This document shows positions 38,208 through 53,156 of a stretch of DNA of 64,000 nucleotides, one piece after another. The notes under the pieces are model-generated. The model was not told where the DNA came from. It did no database searches and saw only the letters and a program-made list of their open reading frames with translations. Position 1 is the stretch's first letter; the number at the start of each line of letters is the position of its first letter. The stretch comes from the human T2T-CHM13v2.0 reference genome, Homo sapiens, in NCBI RefSeq assembly GCF_009914755.1, contig NC_060933.1; one strand, given 5' to 3'. Made by a program: the position numbers and the translations under genes.

Positions 38208-39128
38208 GACATTTCTGATTATGTGTTTATCCTAATGAAAAAGGCCCAATTGCCTTGGCATGCGTCAAACCCAGTGGAAGAGTTATTGTGGGTCCCCAAG
38301 GGCCCTGCACGTGATGGCTGTGGGCCCTCACCCTGAGGCTGGAGCAGGCGGCCTTTCCTCCAGTAGACGAAGAACAGCAGCCGAGGCCAGGAGAAAAACA
38401 TGCCTCTCCTGAGGATTAGCTGCCTGGAGCCTTTCCCACATATATTTTTTCCTCTGGTAGAGGTTCAGAGCTATAATTCCTGTTCATTCCAGTCTGAAAG
38501 TTGGCAGTTTGATCAATGATTTCCTGTGCCTTGATGATGAATGGCTTTCGTATTTAAAAGATAAATTTGTATTTTGAGGGTTCAATGCCCTTTGATTTCT
38601 TTATAATGGAATTTCATTCAAATTGGCTTCTTAACTGTGACCTGTTCCAGGGGCTCTTGGCCAAAGTAAATTGTGCTAATGAGGAATAACAGAAACTTCA
38701 GGAAAATCATGTACTCCTAAATTGAAGTCATGAATGAGGCCTTGGAAATCATCTAGTCCAGCCTTTTCGTTTTACAGATAAGGAAATGGGTCCCAGGGAG
38801 AGAAGAAAGAGCGTGTCTAGGATCACGTCGCCACTTCCGGCTCTTTCTACTGAAATGACCTCCACTGAGGGGTGTGAAGATAGTATCAATTATTTGTCTA
38901 AGACTTGTCATTTCAAAAACTTGTCGATGTAAATTCTAGTGCATACTAGACTTGTAGGTTGTCAGTAAATATAGACTATTTTTTCTTAGTCTATTGGAAT
39001 TTTTTCTTAAAACTTTTTTTGGGTGTGCTAGACATGTAGGACAAATTTTCTTTTAAACTAGGTTGCTTTATGGTTTGTGAATGGTCTCTGTTTTACTTAT
39101 GAAAGTTATACATGTTCACTTTGTAGAA

Positions 39129-39665
39129 CGGGGGGTGACAAACTATGTCCTGTGGGCCAAAAGGGTTCTGTTTTGCAAATCAGGTTTTATTGGCACCCAG
39201 CCATGCTCCTTCATTTACTTATTCTCTGTAATGACAGAGTTGAGTAGTTGAGACCTTAGGACCTGCAAAACCTATATATATATATATGTGTGTGTGTGGG
39301 TGTGTGTGTGTATATATGATTTATTAAATATAATTTTTATTTAATATAATTACACATATTTATTAATGCACATATTTAATTATACTTATAACCATATAGT
39401 TATGCTATATATAGATATGTATAATATAGTTATATATAAAATATATAATATATATTCTTTACACATATATATAAACATATTTAATTAAAAATATACATAT
39501 ATAAAATTTATTTTATTTTTAGGTTATAGCTTACTGTAAACTCAAACTCCTGGGCTCAGGCCATCCTCCTACTTTGGCCTCCCAAAGTGCTAGGATTACA
39601 GGTGTGAGCCACCATACCCAGCCCAAACCCAAAAACCCTTCATAGAAAAAAATTGTTAAACCCTG
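39129..39665. mobile_element. MER58A-like hAT element interrupted by a TA/TG low-complexity tract and an Alu fragment
   Basis: ggggtgacaaactatgtcctgtgggccaaa...gttttattggcacccagccatgctc...aaaccctg. 8-bp TSD-like ttgtagaa/ctgtagaa. Confidence 0.6.
39273..39520. repeat. (TA)n/(TG)n and AT-rich low complexity
   Basis: Directly visible. Confidence 0.9.
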
Positions 39666-39879
39666 CTGTAGAACGTCTGAAAAAATACAGAGAAATCGAA
39701 CATCTGAAAACATACGGAAAAATCGCACGAAGAAAACAGCTATCCATATCTCACCTTCAGTGAAGTAGGTTGACTGTAATTTTACCATTCTCATGGCCAA
39801 ATAATTTTGAAAATATCTGATTATTTCCTAAGGCTAAGTTTCTCGAAGTGGAATTCCTAGGCCAGTGAGTGTGAGTGGC

Positions 39880-41527
39880 TTTTTTTTTTTTTTTTTTTTT
39901 TAATTGATCATTCTTGGGTGTTTCTCACAGAGGGGGATTTGGCAGGGTCATAGGACAATAGTGGAGGGAAGGTCAGCAGATAAACAAGTGAACAAAGGTC
40001 TCTGGTTTTCCTAGGCAGAGGACCCTGCGGCCTTCCGCAGCATTTGGGTCCCTGGGTACTTGAGATTAGGGAGTGGTGATGACTCTTAATGAGCATGCTG
40101 CCTTCAAGCATCTGTTTAACAAAGCACATCTTGCACCGCCCTTAATCCATTTAACTCTGAGTGGACACAGCACATGTTTCAGAGAGCACAGGGTTGGGGG
40201 TAAGGTCACAGATCAACAGGATCCCAAGGCAGAAGAATTTTTCTTAGTACAGAACAAAATGAAAAGTCTCCCATGTCTACCTCTTTCTACACAGACACGG
40301 CAACCATCCGATTTCTCAATCTTTTCCCCACCTTTCCTCCCTTTCTATTCCACAAAGCCACCATTGTCATCCTGGCCCGTTCTCAATGAGCTGTTGGGCA
40401 CACCTCCCAGATGGGGTGGTGGCCGGGCAGAGGGGCTCCTCACTTCCCAGTAGGGGCGGCCGGGCAGAGGCACCCCTCACCTCCCGGATGGGGCGGCTGG
40501 CCGGGCGGGGGGCTGACCCCCCCACCTCCTTCCCGGACGGGGCGGCTGGCCGGGCAGAGGGGCTCCTCACTTCCCAGTAGGGGCGGTCGGGCAGAGGTGC
40601 CCCTCACCTCCCGGACGGGGCGGCTGGCCGGGTAGGGGGCTGACCTCCTCCAGGACGGGGCGGCTGGCCGGGCAGGGGGCTGACCCCCCCACCTCCCTCC
40701 CGGACGGGGTGGCTGCCGGGCGGAGACGCTCCTCACTTCTCAGACGGGGCGGCTGCCGGGCGGAGGGTCTCCTCACTTCTCAGACGGGGCGGCCGGGCAG
40801 AGACGCTCCTCACCTCCCAGACGGGGTGGCGGCCGGGCAGAGGCGCTCCTCACATCCCAGACAGGGCGGCGGGGCAGAGGCGCTCCCCACATCCCAGATG
40901 ATGGGCGGCCGGGCAGAGACGCTCCTCACTTCCTAGATGTGATGGCGGCCGGGAAGAGGCGCTCCTCACTTCCCAGATGGAATGGCAGCCGGGCAGAGAT
41001 GCTCCTCACTTTCCAGACTGGGCAGCCAGGCAGAGGGGCTCCTCACATCCCAGACGATGGCCGGCCAGGCAGAGACGCTCCTCACTTCCCAGACGGGGTG
41101 GCGGCCGGGCAGAGGCTGCAATCTTGGCACTTTGGGAGGCCAAGGCAGGCAGCTGGGAGGTGGAGGTTGTAGCGAGCCGAGATCACGCCACTGCACTCCA
41201 GCCTGGGCGCCATTGAGCACTGAGTGAACCAGACTCCGTCTGCAATCCCGGCACCTCAGGAGGCCGAGGCTGGCGGATCACTCGCGGTTAGGAGCTGGAG
41301 ACCAGCCTGGCCAACACAGCGAAACCCCGTCTCCACCAAAAAAATACGAAAACCAGTCAGGTGTGGCGGTGCGCGCCTGCAATTGCAGGCACTCCGCAGG
41401 CTGAGGCAGGAGAATCAGGCAGGGAGGTTGCAGTGAGCCGAGATGGCAGCAGTATAGTCCAGCTTCGGCTCGGCATGAGAGGGAGACCCTCTCTTTTTTT
41501 TTTAAGACGAAGTCTCGCTCTGTCGCC
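39880..41527 (-). mobile_element. SVA retrotransposon (C/D-like), antisense in intron 3
   Basis: Poly(T) 39880-39901, SINE-R about 39902-40395, GC-rich VNTR about 40395-41110, Alu-like domain to about 41488. 14-bp TSD GTGAGTGGCTTTTT at 39871-39884 and 41528-41541. Confidence 0.95.
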
Positions 41528-41645
41528 GTGAGTGGCTTTTTGAACCTTGGTACTTAGCGCAGAATTTCTTTTCAGCTTGTATTTCTGGCAATGCCTGTAC
41601 CTTGCTAACATTAAACAAACAAACAAACAAGAACTCCTTTTCTAA

Positions 41646-41813
<168 letters not shown>

Positions 41814-42320
41814 TAGGTGCCATCATTCCTGCCTACCCTTAGCTGTCCCCGTGCTGGGAACACACCAGTTCGGGGCTTCTTTGCTGTCCTGCAGCAGAAG
41901 AGGAGTTTTATTCCTTGTGAAGAGTTAGTTGCTGACTGTTGGATGGAAGCAATTTGATGGTTTGGTTCAAAATACTGGTAATCTCATTTTCAGTAGGAGG
42001 GGAGCAGCTGTTGAGCAGATGCAGTGCATCCCACTGATCACAAGCTAGCTTACCAGGACCATCTCAGTACCTAGATCAAGCTGTCTAGACTTAATTCTGT
42101 AGAAAAGAAAAGTCCTAGAAAGGTTATCGCATTCACACACAGAAGGAAAAAGAGGAAGGGGGCAGGGAAAGTGAGTTTGTATCTATAAGGAAATATGCAC
42201 TTCAGGTGGACTGCAGTTGACTATGATACTTTCTCTGAGGCTTAATGTCTCATTTACAATCTATTAGGTAAAGGTTTTGCTCTTTGCATTAGCATTTTCT
42301 TTTGGGAACTTGTGTACTCA

Positions 42321-42476
<156 letters not shown>

Positions 42477-42589
42477 TCAAAAAAAGGAAAAAAAAAGCCG
42501 GGCGCAGTGGCTCATGCCTGTAATCCCAGTACTTTGGGAGGCCGAGGAGGGCGGATCACGAGGTCAGGAGATGGAGACCATCCTGGCTA

Positions 42590-43016
<427 letters not shown>

Positions 43017-43579
43017 TCACTAATGACGTTTTTTAAAAAACTAATTTTATCAAGTAGCTCATATTTTTTTGTAGATAAATTGGAGAATATAGACAAGCAA
43101 AAAAGAAATCTGTCACTTATTCAGGAAAATTAATATTTGATAGTACTTGGCTCATAGTTTTTATGTACTAAATAAAAATAAAATAACCAAACCTGCCATT
43201 TGATAATGACTGTTAGCTTTTTGGTGTATCTTGTATCTTCTTACAGCCTTTTTTATTCTTTGCCATCTTTAAAAAAAAATCTAGCTGTATTTTTTTAAAT
43301 AAAAATTAGCTCATTCTCGTATGAGTTAATCTGAAATTTGACTTTCTCACTTAGGAATGTATTGTAGTCCTCCTTCTCTGTAAATCAATACAGATCTAGG
43401 TCCTCGTTTTAAATGGCCATGTAGGATTGTAATTTACTTTTAATTTATTTTAATTAGTCAACACATTTCCTGTTTTTGACCATTTAGGTTGTTTCCAGTT
43501 TTTCATTATTAGAAATATCTCTGTGATGAACATCTTTGTGTATCTTTGTGCACTTATTACATTATTTCCTTAGGCTGTG

Positions 43580-44560
43580 CTAATGGCCTTCTACTTCCAA
43601 ATAGAATAGCTTGTTTTCAGTGCTCCCTATCCTTGGCTGTCTGAAGAATCTGACACTGTCAGCCTCCTCCCTCTCTGAATTTTCTTCTTTCGGCTTCTCT
43701 GATCCTGTGTAATACAGGCTTTCATACCTGACTGTTCCTACTCTGCTCCTTTGCTTCCTAAGGTAGGCATTCTCCAAGATTGTGTATTCAACCTTTTCTG
43801 TTCTTGAAAATCTCATTCACCCTCTTGTGTTCAGCTGTCATCACTCTGCATGGTTTTCTGCAGTCCATCCTCGTCTCTTTCCTGAAGTCCAGTTTCATAT
43901 TCCCAGCTATCTGCTGGGTATCCCAGTCAGAGCCTTCCTAAACTGTAATAGGCAAGATTACTGTCTTGGCTGCATGCCCTGTTTGCCTACGATTTCCCTC
44001 AGTGCCTTTCCCAAATTCTGTCTTAGAGTCCCCAAATGATTTTAATGGTGTCACTATTTTCTGACTCCATTACACTTGAAATCCTACAATCATTGGGTCC
44101 CTCATCTCCTGCCACCTCAGGTGATTGCTGGATTTCATGGAATCGCCCTCTGCAATGTTTCATCTGTCACCTCCTCCCATATCCATTGCTCCACCCTCAC
44201 ACCCCTCCAGAGGACCATTGCATTTGCTTTCTAACCAGTCTCTTCTTCCTCCAATCTCTTCTTTCAGACTGTTACTCCCTTATCCTTTACAAAAACCTTC
44301 AGTGGCGCCTCGTTGTCTAAGCTTCCCTTAGAGCTTTTTCTTCCTCTGTTTCCTTCTGCATGTCCTATGACCAACCAATTTGGACCACCTCCTTGTTTTC
44401 TGGTCTTCAGATCTTTGCTCATACTTTCTTCTCCCCCTGAAATGCCCTTTCCTACTACTACTTTCCAAAATCCTACCCCTTCTGCAATGTGCATCCTAGA
44501 CACCTGCTCCTTCACGAGGCCTTTCTTAACCCCTTCTTATCCCCTCAACCAGATGTAATT
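43580..44560 (+). mobile_element. L2 fragment(s)
   Basis: Pyrimidine-rich L2-like text (tttcctgaagtccagtttcatattcccagctatctgctgg). Confidence 0.5.
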
Positions 44561-47063
44561 GCCCTCTTCCTAAACTCTTTGTGCTTTTACATTGTACTTA
44601 GCGCATTCTCTCTTAAATATAGATACTTATCTCCTTTTCTTCTCATCTTCCTCTCTGATGTTGTGTTCTCAAAGGCAGTAATTTTATTTTGTGGAACTCT
44701 GAATTTTCCATGGTGCCCATTACCTCTGAAAAGTCAAAGGTCTGTATCTTGCTAATGACTGGGCAAGATACAGAGTTATGAAATTTCTTGAGACTCCCTC
44801 AGTTTAGTGGAGCATGGGTTATGGGGCTAGAAAGTCCTGAGTTTGGGTCTCAGTTCAGGCTTTTACTAGCCTGGAAACTTTGGGCATTTACTTCACTTAC
44901 TTAGGTCTTACTGTCCTTATTTGAAATTGAATAATAATACTTAGATCTCATAGTCTTGCAGTAAGGATTAAATAAGATATTTAGTCTAGTATCTGTCACA
45001 TGGTAGATCTCAGCAAATACTTGTTGCCTTTCCTTTTCCTTGCCACTATGTTTCAGCAAGTATAGCTAAATCATCTGCTTCTTCCTATTGTATCTGTTTT
45101 TTAGGGATCTTACCTTTATTATCCAGGAACCCTCCCTAATGTGCCTTGGGTGAAGATGTTAGTTGAAGTGACTTCTCTGCCGTGTTTGTGGACCTGGAGG
45201 GACTGGCTCCTGGGCCTTTGGCTCCATTTGCATCCTCCTCTAGCCAACTCTGGATGTTAACACATCTTAAAGCTCTTTGGCAAACACATAATTAAATTGC
45301 TGGTGACAACATCTGAAATGATTTCCATTTGTAGCATGCAGTCCAGTGATGCTAGCTTATATTAGGCTTGAAGTGAATAGAATGTTCTGGATTTAGCTCT
45401 GTTTCTTGAGAATTCACTGCAGTCTAGTTTCATTGTAACTCTTGAGTGTAATAATATGTTTTAGCTTATAATTTTGTTATAAGAAAAGGGAAAGGGAAAG
45501 GTTTTTTGTTTGTTTGTTTGTTTTGTTTTTGAGATGGGATCTTGCTCTGTTGCCCAGGCTGGAGTGCAGTAGCATGATCATAGCTCATTGCATCTTCGAA
45601 CTCCTGCACTTAGGTAATCTTCCCACCTCAGCCTCCCAAAGTGCTGAGATTACAGGTGTGAGCCACTGCACCCAGCTGAGAAAATATTTTAAGTTCATAA
45701 GACCTAAAGAAGAGCAAATGGAGGACACAAGTGGTTAGGGCAGATTATTATGCAGTTTAAATAAATTCTACTTCACAATTGTGATCTTTACATAAGGAAA
45801 TATATTTTCCTTTAATATTCTAATCTTTGTAAATAATTACATAAGAAATAATTTGTTTCATGCTTAAAATGTTCTGCCCTGGAAAAGCTAGCCATCACTA
45901 AAGCTAATTGGTCTTCATCATCACATTAACAAGTGGTAGTTTCATGGCAGGTAAACTTTCTTCCATTAGGGTTGGTCTTCTACGAATTGATTATTCCCTC
46001 CACTCTCCTATGTCCATTTCACTCCTGTACATTGTCCTCTATATTGCTGCTCCCTCTCTAAAGGGGCTTGCTTTTTTTTTTTTTTTTTTTTTTTGGAGAC
46101 GTAGTCTCGCTCTGTCACCCAGGCTGGAGTGCAGTGGCAAGATCTCGGCTCACTGTAACCTTCACCTCCAGGTTCAAGCAATTCTCCTGCTTCAGCCTCC
46201 CCAGTAGAGTAGTTGGGATTACAGGTGTGTGCCACCATGCCTGGCTAATTTTTGTAGTTTTAGTAGAGACCCAGCCTAAAGGGGCTTTCTTATCAGCCTG
46301 TAAACACATCTGAGTCTCTACTGCCTTCTCAAACACCCAGCCTGGACTAATCCACATCCACATCTCTAGCTACTACCCTTTCACCCTTGCTGTCATAGCC
46401 AAACTTCTTTAAAAGCTCCATCGGCTGGGCTTGGTGGCTCATGCCTGTAATCCCATCACTTTGGGAGGCCGAGGAGGGTGGATCACGAGGTCAGGAGTTC
46501 AAGACTAGCCTGGCCAACAGGATGAAACCTCATCTCTACTAAAAACACAAAAAATTAGCTGAGTGTGGTGGCAGATGCTTGTAATCCCAGCTATTCGGGA
46601 GGCTGAGGCAGGAGAATCACTTGAATCCAGGAGGCGGAGGTTGTGGTGCGTGGAGATGTGGAGATCACGCCATTGCACTACAGCCTGGGCAACAGAGCAA
46701 GACTCCATCCCCCCGCCCCCAAAGAAAGCTCCCTTTATCCCTTACCTCTCATTTACTCTTCAACTCTTGCCAATCTGGCTTCTGCCCCTACTTTGTTACC
46801 CAAATCCCTCTCTATAGGCTATACACCCAGTGATCAGTTTTCAGACCCCCCTGTATCTTATGTATTATTCTCTCAGCTGCTCGCCCAATTAGTTCTCCTC
46901 ACCATGCTTGAAATGTTCTTTGCCATGGCTCCTGTGATAACACATCCTCCTGGCTTTCCCACTACCTCTCGGCAGCTCCTTTTCAGTCTCTTGCGTAGAC
47001 TCCTACTTTTCTACACAGCTTTGCATGTAGGAATCCCTTAAGGTGCACCCTCAACTCCCTGCT

Positions 47064-47426
47064 TGCTATGGTCTGAATGTTTGTATCTCCCCTGAATTCA
47101 TATGTTGAAATACTAATTAATAAGGTGATGATATTAGGAGGTGGGTCCTTTTGGAAGGTGTTTAAGTCAGTGGGGGTAGAGCCCTCCTACATGGGATTAG
47201 TGCTTTTCTAAAAGAGGTCCCAGAGAGCTGCCTTGGCCCTTCTACCATGTGAGGACACACCTCTAGTAGGTGTCATCTGTGAGGAATGGCCCTGACTAGA
47301 CACTGATTCTGCTGGCACCTTGATCTCAGACTTCCCAGCCTCTAGAACTATGAGAAACAAATTTCTGTTTTTATCAGCCACCCAGTATACAATGTTTTGT
47401 TATAACAGCCTGCATGGATTAAGACA
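47064..47426 (+). mobile_element. MLT1A-type MaLR solo LTR
   Basis: TGCTATGGTCTGAATGTTTGT...GGATTAAGACA with 5-bp TSD ctgct/ctgtt. Confidence 0.82.
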
Positions 47427-47849
47427 CTGTTTTTCTCCCTTTTTACGTCCCCCTGAAAGATCTCCTCTACTTCTGTGGCTTTAATTCCTCTACATATGTG
47501 GATGACTCCTAAACTTACGTCTCCAACCCAGTCCTTCCTCTTAACTCTACTATTATGTGTCTAGCTGCCTGCCTAACCTGTCTAATTCCATGTATCACAG
47601 GCATCTCAAATTCAACTTGACCAAACCCAGATTCCTGATCTGCCTTTTCTAGCTCTGATTCTCTTCATCATATTTCAAGTTGCAGAAAAGGGGAGCACCA
47701 TTTACCCAGTTACTGAAGCCTGAAACCTGGCATCCTCTTCCTTCCCCAAACATGCCATTTCAGCACATTTTTCTTTTTCTTTTTCTTTTTTTTTTTTTTT
47801 TTGAGACAGAGTCCTACTGTGTCACCCAGGCTGGAGTGCAGTGGCATGA

Positions 47850-47966
<117 letters not shown>

Positions 47967-49548
47967 TAGTAGAGATGGGGTTTCACCATGTTAGCCAGGA
48001 TGGTCTCAATCTGCTGACCTCATGATCTGCCCTCCTTGGCCTCCCAAATTGCTGAGATTACAGGCATGAGCCACATGCCCAGCCCTGAGCACAGTCATTT
48101 TTCTACCAGTCGATGTTGCAATGAAGATAAAGTTCCAAATCCTTGACATGCTCCAGCCTTCCCCTGTGAGCTGATCACTCCCACAAGAAGCTCCTCTGCC
48201 TTCCATCCTCAGCCACTCTGACCTTCTGTTTCTTCTGGGGACCCTGCACCTGCCAGCCCCAGCCCCTTCCTTATTTATGCCATCCCTTTTTCTGGCCCTC
48301 TTGCTTGGCTAACTTATACTCATCCTTCAGTTTGGGCTGAGCTATTTATATGCTGTTCCAGGACCCTGAACTTCTCCTTTATGGCACCCATCCTGATTGT
48401 AATTATATTATTTATATTGTTTTGTTTGTTGTCTGTCCCCTCTGCTGAACATCGACTTCACATAGGCAGGGACGGGGTCTCTTTTTTCACTGCTTTGTCA
48501 CTTACCACACCAGTTCCCAGCCAGGAAAAGAAAAGACGGTTGTTTCCCTGCTTTGATAAAATACCCAGACAAAAGGATGCCCTTATTGCTCTTAGACCTC
48601 TTTCCCGAATCTTCCCTGGTTGTCACCTGCAATGATGTTATGTCTGAGTTGAATGTTTCTCACTGCACGCTAGTTTGCTCAGAGGTAATAGAGGAGGAAC
48701 TGTTTTCTCACTTTCTCTTTCTCTTTAGCCTTTATTCCTAAAGCTTGTTTCTAGTCATTTCTTTTAACCAGCTTCCTGAGAAGTATTTCCATTGTCTTTT
48801 CTGAACTCTCCCTTAGACCATGAGAAAACAAAAGTTTATGCTGATTTTGGGTCATGACCTGACACTGAAATTGGTGGTGTTAAGTACATTGCCGAGTAAC
48901 TCAGATACATTGATATTTAAAAAAATACTTTTTCTGATTATAGGAGTGATTTTATTGTTAAGAAAAAATTGAGAATATAATCAAGGGTCTAGAAGAGAAG
49001 AAATGGGAGAGATTCAGACTTTTCTCTTGTAGAATAAGGTCCTGCTGTACATGTGATTTTTGTCCGCCCTTTTTCACTTCACATTGATATTTTGATAAAA
49101 GCCCTGAGAAATGGGAGTGAAACCTAATGGACCGCAGCTTTGGACAAGCCCCGAGTGCAAATAAGGCTGGTCAGCAGCTTCTAGCAGGATCTGCTTCTTC
49201 TAGAAGCAGAGAAAGGTAACAGGCTGCCCTGAGACCAGGCTCTACAGAGCCTCCCTCCTGCCTCGTACATGCCAAGCCGGCCCTGTCCTGGCACTTACAG
49301 TGACTAACGGCCGGGCACCTCCCTCTCGGTTGATGCCCTCCATGCAGGACATCTCCAACACATTGCTCTCCGTTCTGGTGTGTTCCTTAAGCCAAACTTT
49401 CTAGGTTTAATTTCACTGGATGTTCATGGATCCTCGTGTCCCAGACTAATTGTCTATGTATTTGTTGATATTTGTTCTTGCCTATTTTCATTTTATTTTT
49501 TAAATTCAAGGCAAGAGGCCTATTTATTTTGTATTTTATAGTGCCTAG

Positions 49549-50005
<457 letters not shown>

Positions 50006-50697
50006 TGATCCACCTGCTTCAGCCTCCCAAAGTGCTGGGATTACAGGTGTGAGCCACCACGCCCGGCACATTTATTGTGTTTTTAGTAGATACGGGGTTT
50101 CACCCTGTCAGCCAGGATGGTCTTGATCTCCTGACCTCGTGATCCCCCGGCCTTGGCCTCCAAGAGTGTTGGGATTACAGGCATGAGCCACCGTGCCTGG
50201 CCAATAATCTTAAATAATCTAAAAATAATGTTCTGCCCAAATTACAAATTACCAAATTAGGGTCCATTTATGCATAATTTTATCCATTAATTCAGGAAGC
50301 ATTTAACAGTGCCTGGCACAGTTGCCAGGCATGGAGTATACATTAGTGAATAAAACAGGGGTAGTTCCTCTGGGATTCTAGGCTAGTTTGTTTGTTTGTT
50401 TGTTTGTTTATTGAGATGGAGTCTTGCTCTTGAAGCTCAGGCTGGAGCAGTGGTGCGATCTCAGCTCTCTGCAACCTCCACAATCTGGGTTCAAGTGATT
50501 CTCCTGCCTCAGCCTCCCAAGTAGCTGGGATTACAGGCATGTGCCACCACCCCCGGCTAATTTTTGTATTTTTGGTAGAGACGGGATATCACCACATTGG
50601 CCAGGCTGATCTCCAACTCCTGATCTCAAGTGATCCTCCCACCTTGGCCTCCCAAAGTGCTGGGATTACAGGGGTGAGCTCCCGGCCTCTAGGCTAG

Positions 50698-51353
<656 letters not shown>

Positions 51354-52039
51354 CACTGAGGGGAGACCTATAGTATCTGGCATTGTGTGTGGGAAGAAGC
51401 CTGGAGACTGAGCCCTGGAGAGAAGGAGAGGGTGGGTCAAGGTGAGAGATGAGCTCTTTTTGAGAGGGAACCAGCCCAAAGGCGAGGCATTCAAGGTAGA
51501 GAGTGGTAATCGAAAGCGAGAAATGGAAATTGTTATCTCTTTGTTTTAGTAACTGGGAATGTAAGTCTCCCCATGTCATCGGCCTCTATTCTTTCTAAAA
51601 ACTTTTCAAGGGATGTATTTAGCCTTCCTACAAGAGTATTTTGATTTGTTTTTGAACAGGTCTTTCTGAACCTGTCCCACTTTTATTGATGCTTTCGCTG
51701 ATGTTTGTGAAAGGCATCTGGGAAGGGCACTAGCCAGTCAGGCTTTTAACACCTGTCTGTGGGTTCAACAAAGAGGAATTAAGCTTCTTCTCAATTGCAG
51801 ATGTCGTGTTGTATTCTGGGTCCCATAGGAGATCTTGACTGACCCAGGAGTGGTCCCCTCCGGGAAGAAGGACGCTCAGCCACCAGCTGCCCCCAGGTGT
51901 TCGTCCCCAGGGGTAGAACTCACCCACTTTATGAGCAAGTCTTTGTCAAGGAAAGAAGACGGCAATTGAAATTTTCATTGAGCTGTTAGCATTTTTTTCA
52001 GAAAACCATTTTGTCCCAGTGTGTGTAAGAAGTTATTCC

Positions 52040-52980
52040 TTCATTCAACACATGTTGAGTGCCTTCTGTGTCTGGCACATTTCCAGGTGCTGGGATACAG
52101 CAGTAAACAGATTCCATGTCAGTGGATAAACACACACTGGAAACACATAAGTGAAACACAGAGGGTGTCAGGGAGGTTATAATCACTACCTAGAAAATTA
52201 AAGGAGGGAAGGAGGCCTTAGGGAGAGTCACCTGGGAGGTGGAGACAGGTGTTGAAATTGTTAAAAATAGCATCAGGAAAAGGCTTACTGAGTGACATTT
52301 GAGCAAAGATTTACATGTGAGGGAAGAGCATTCCAGGCAAGAGGGCACAGTGAGTGCTATGGTCTTGCAGGAGCATGCTTGGGATATTTGTGGAACAGCA
52401 CAAATCCTGCAGTGGCTTGAGTATGGGCAGTGAGAGGGAAGAGTACACACGAGAGGAGGTGAAGGGGAAAAGGGAAGATCATGCATCCGGGGCCTTGTGG
52501 CCACTGTGAATACTTTGGCTTTCCCTCTGGTTAAACAGGAAGATGCTGGAGGCTGTTAAATTGGCTGTAGGGGCAAGGGTGGAAGGAGACTCTGATGAGA
52601 TGGCGGTAGCATGGATCTAGATGGAGGTGGTGGAAAGAGGTCAGGTTTGAGATATTTTGAAGGGAGAGCTGATGGACTAGATGTGGGCTATGTGAGAAGG
52701 AGAAAGATTGGGAGAAGAATAGGTTATGGACTTGTTAAATTTAGATCCATATTAGGGTGCTCGTGTCAAAAATGTAGTTGGGTGTATGAGTCTGGAGTCA
52801 GGAGAGAAGCCTGGGTGGGAAGGGTGTCTGTGAGCCATCTGTGTACATATGGTATTTACATCCATGAGACTGTGGAGTGACTGTGTGTTGGGTAAGAACT
52901 TCAGTGTCTTGGGGTTGTAGGCATGAGAGGAACCAGCGAAGGAGACACAGGAAAGGTGGCCAGCAAGGAGGTGGAGACAA
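52040..52980 (-). mobile_element. L2 fragment running up to the exon 5 acceptor region
   Basis: L2 3'-end text ttcattcaacacatgttgagtgccttctgtgtctggcac, followed by purine-rich L2 body. Confidence 0.6.
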
Positions 52981-52997
52981 GGTCTGACGATGAGTGA

Positions 52998-53156
<159 letters not shown>

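Noticed and set aside
39908-41626. Stack of overlapping Pro/Arg/Gly-rich ORFs and a repeat array superficially like repeat-spacer arrays
   Set aside because: This is the SVA VNTR/SINE-R. The units are tandem and degenerate without unique spacers, so it is not CRISPR-like and not a gene.
49142-49210. Isolated p53 half-site GGACAAGCCC and a 9-bp hairpin tctgcttct-tct-agaagcaga in intron 4
   Set aside because: A single half-site and a short stem are within chance expectation for 64 kb.
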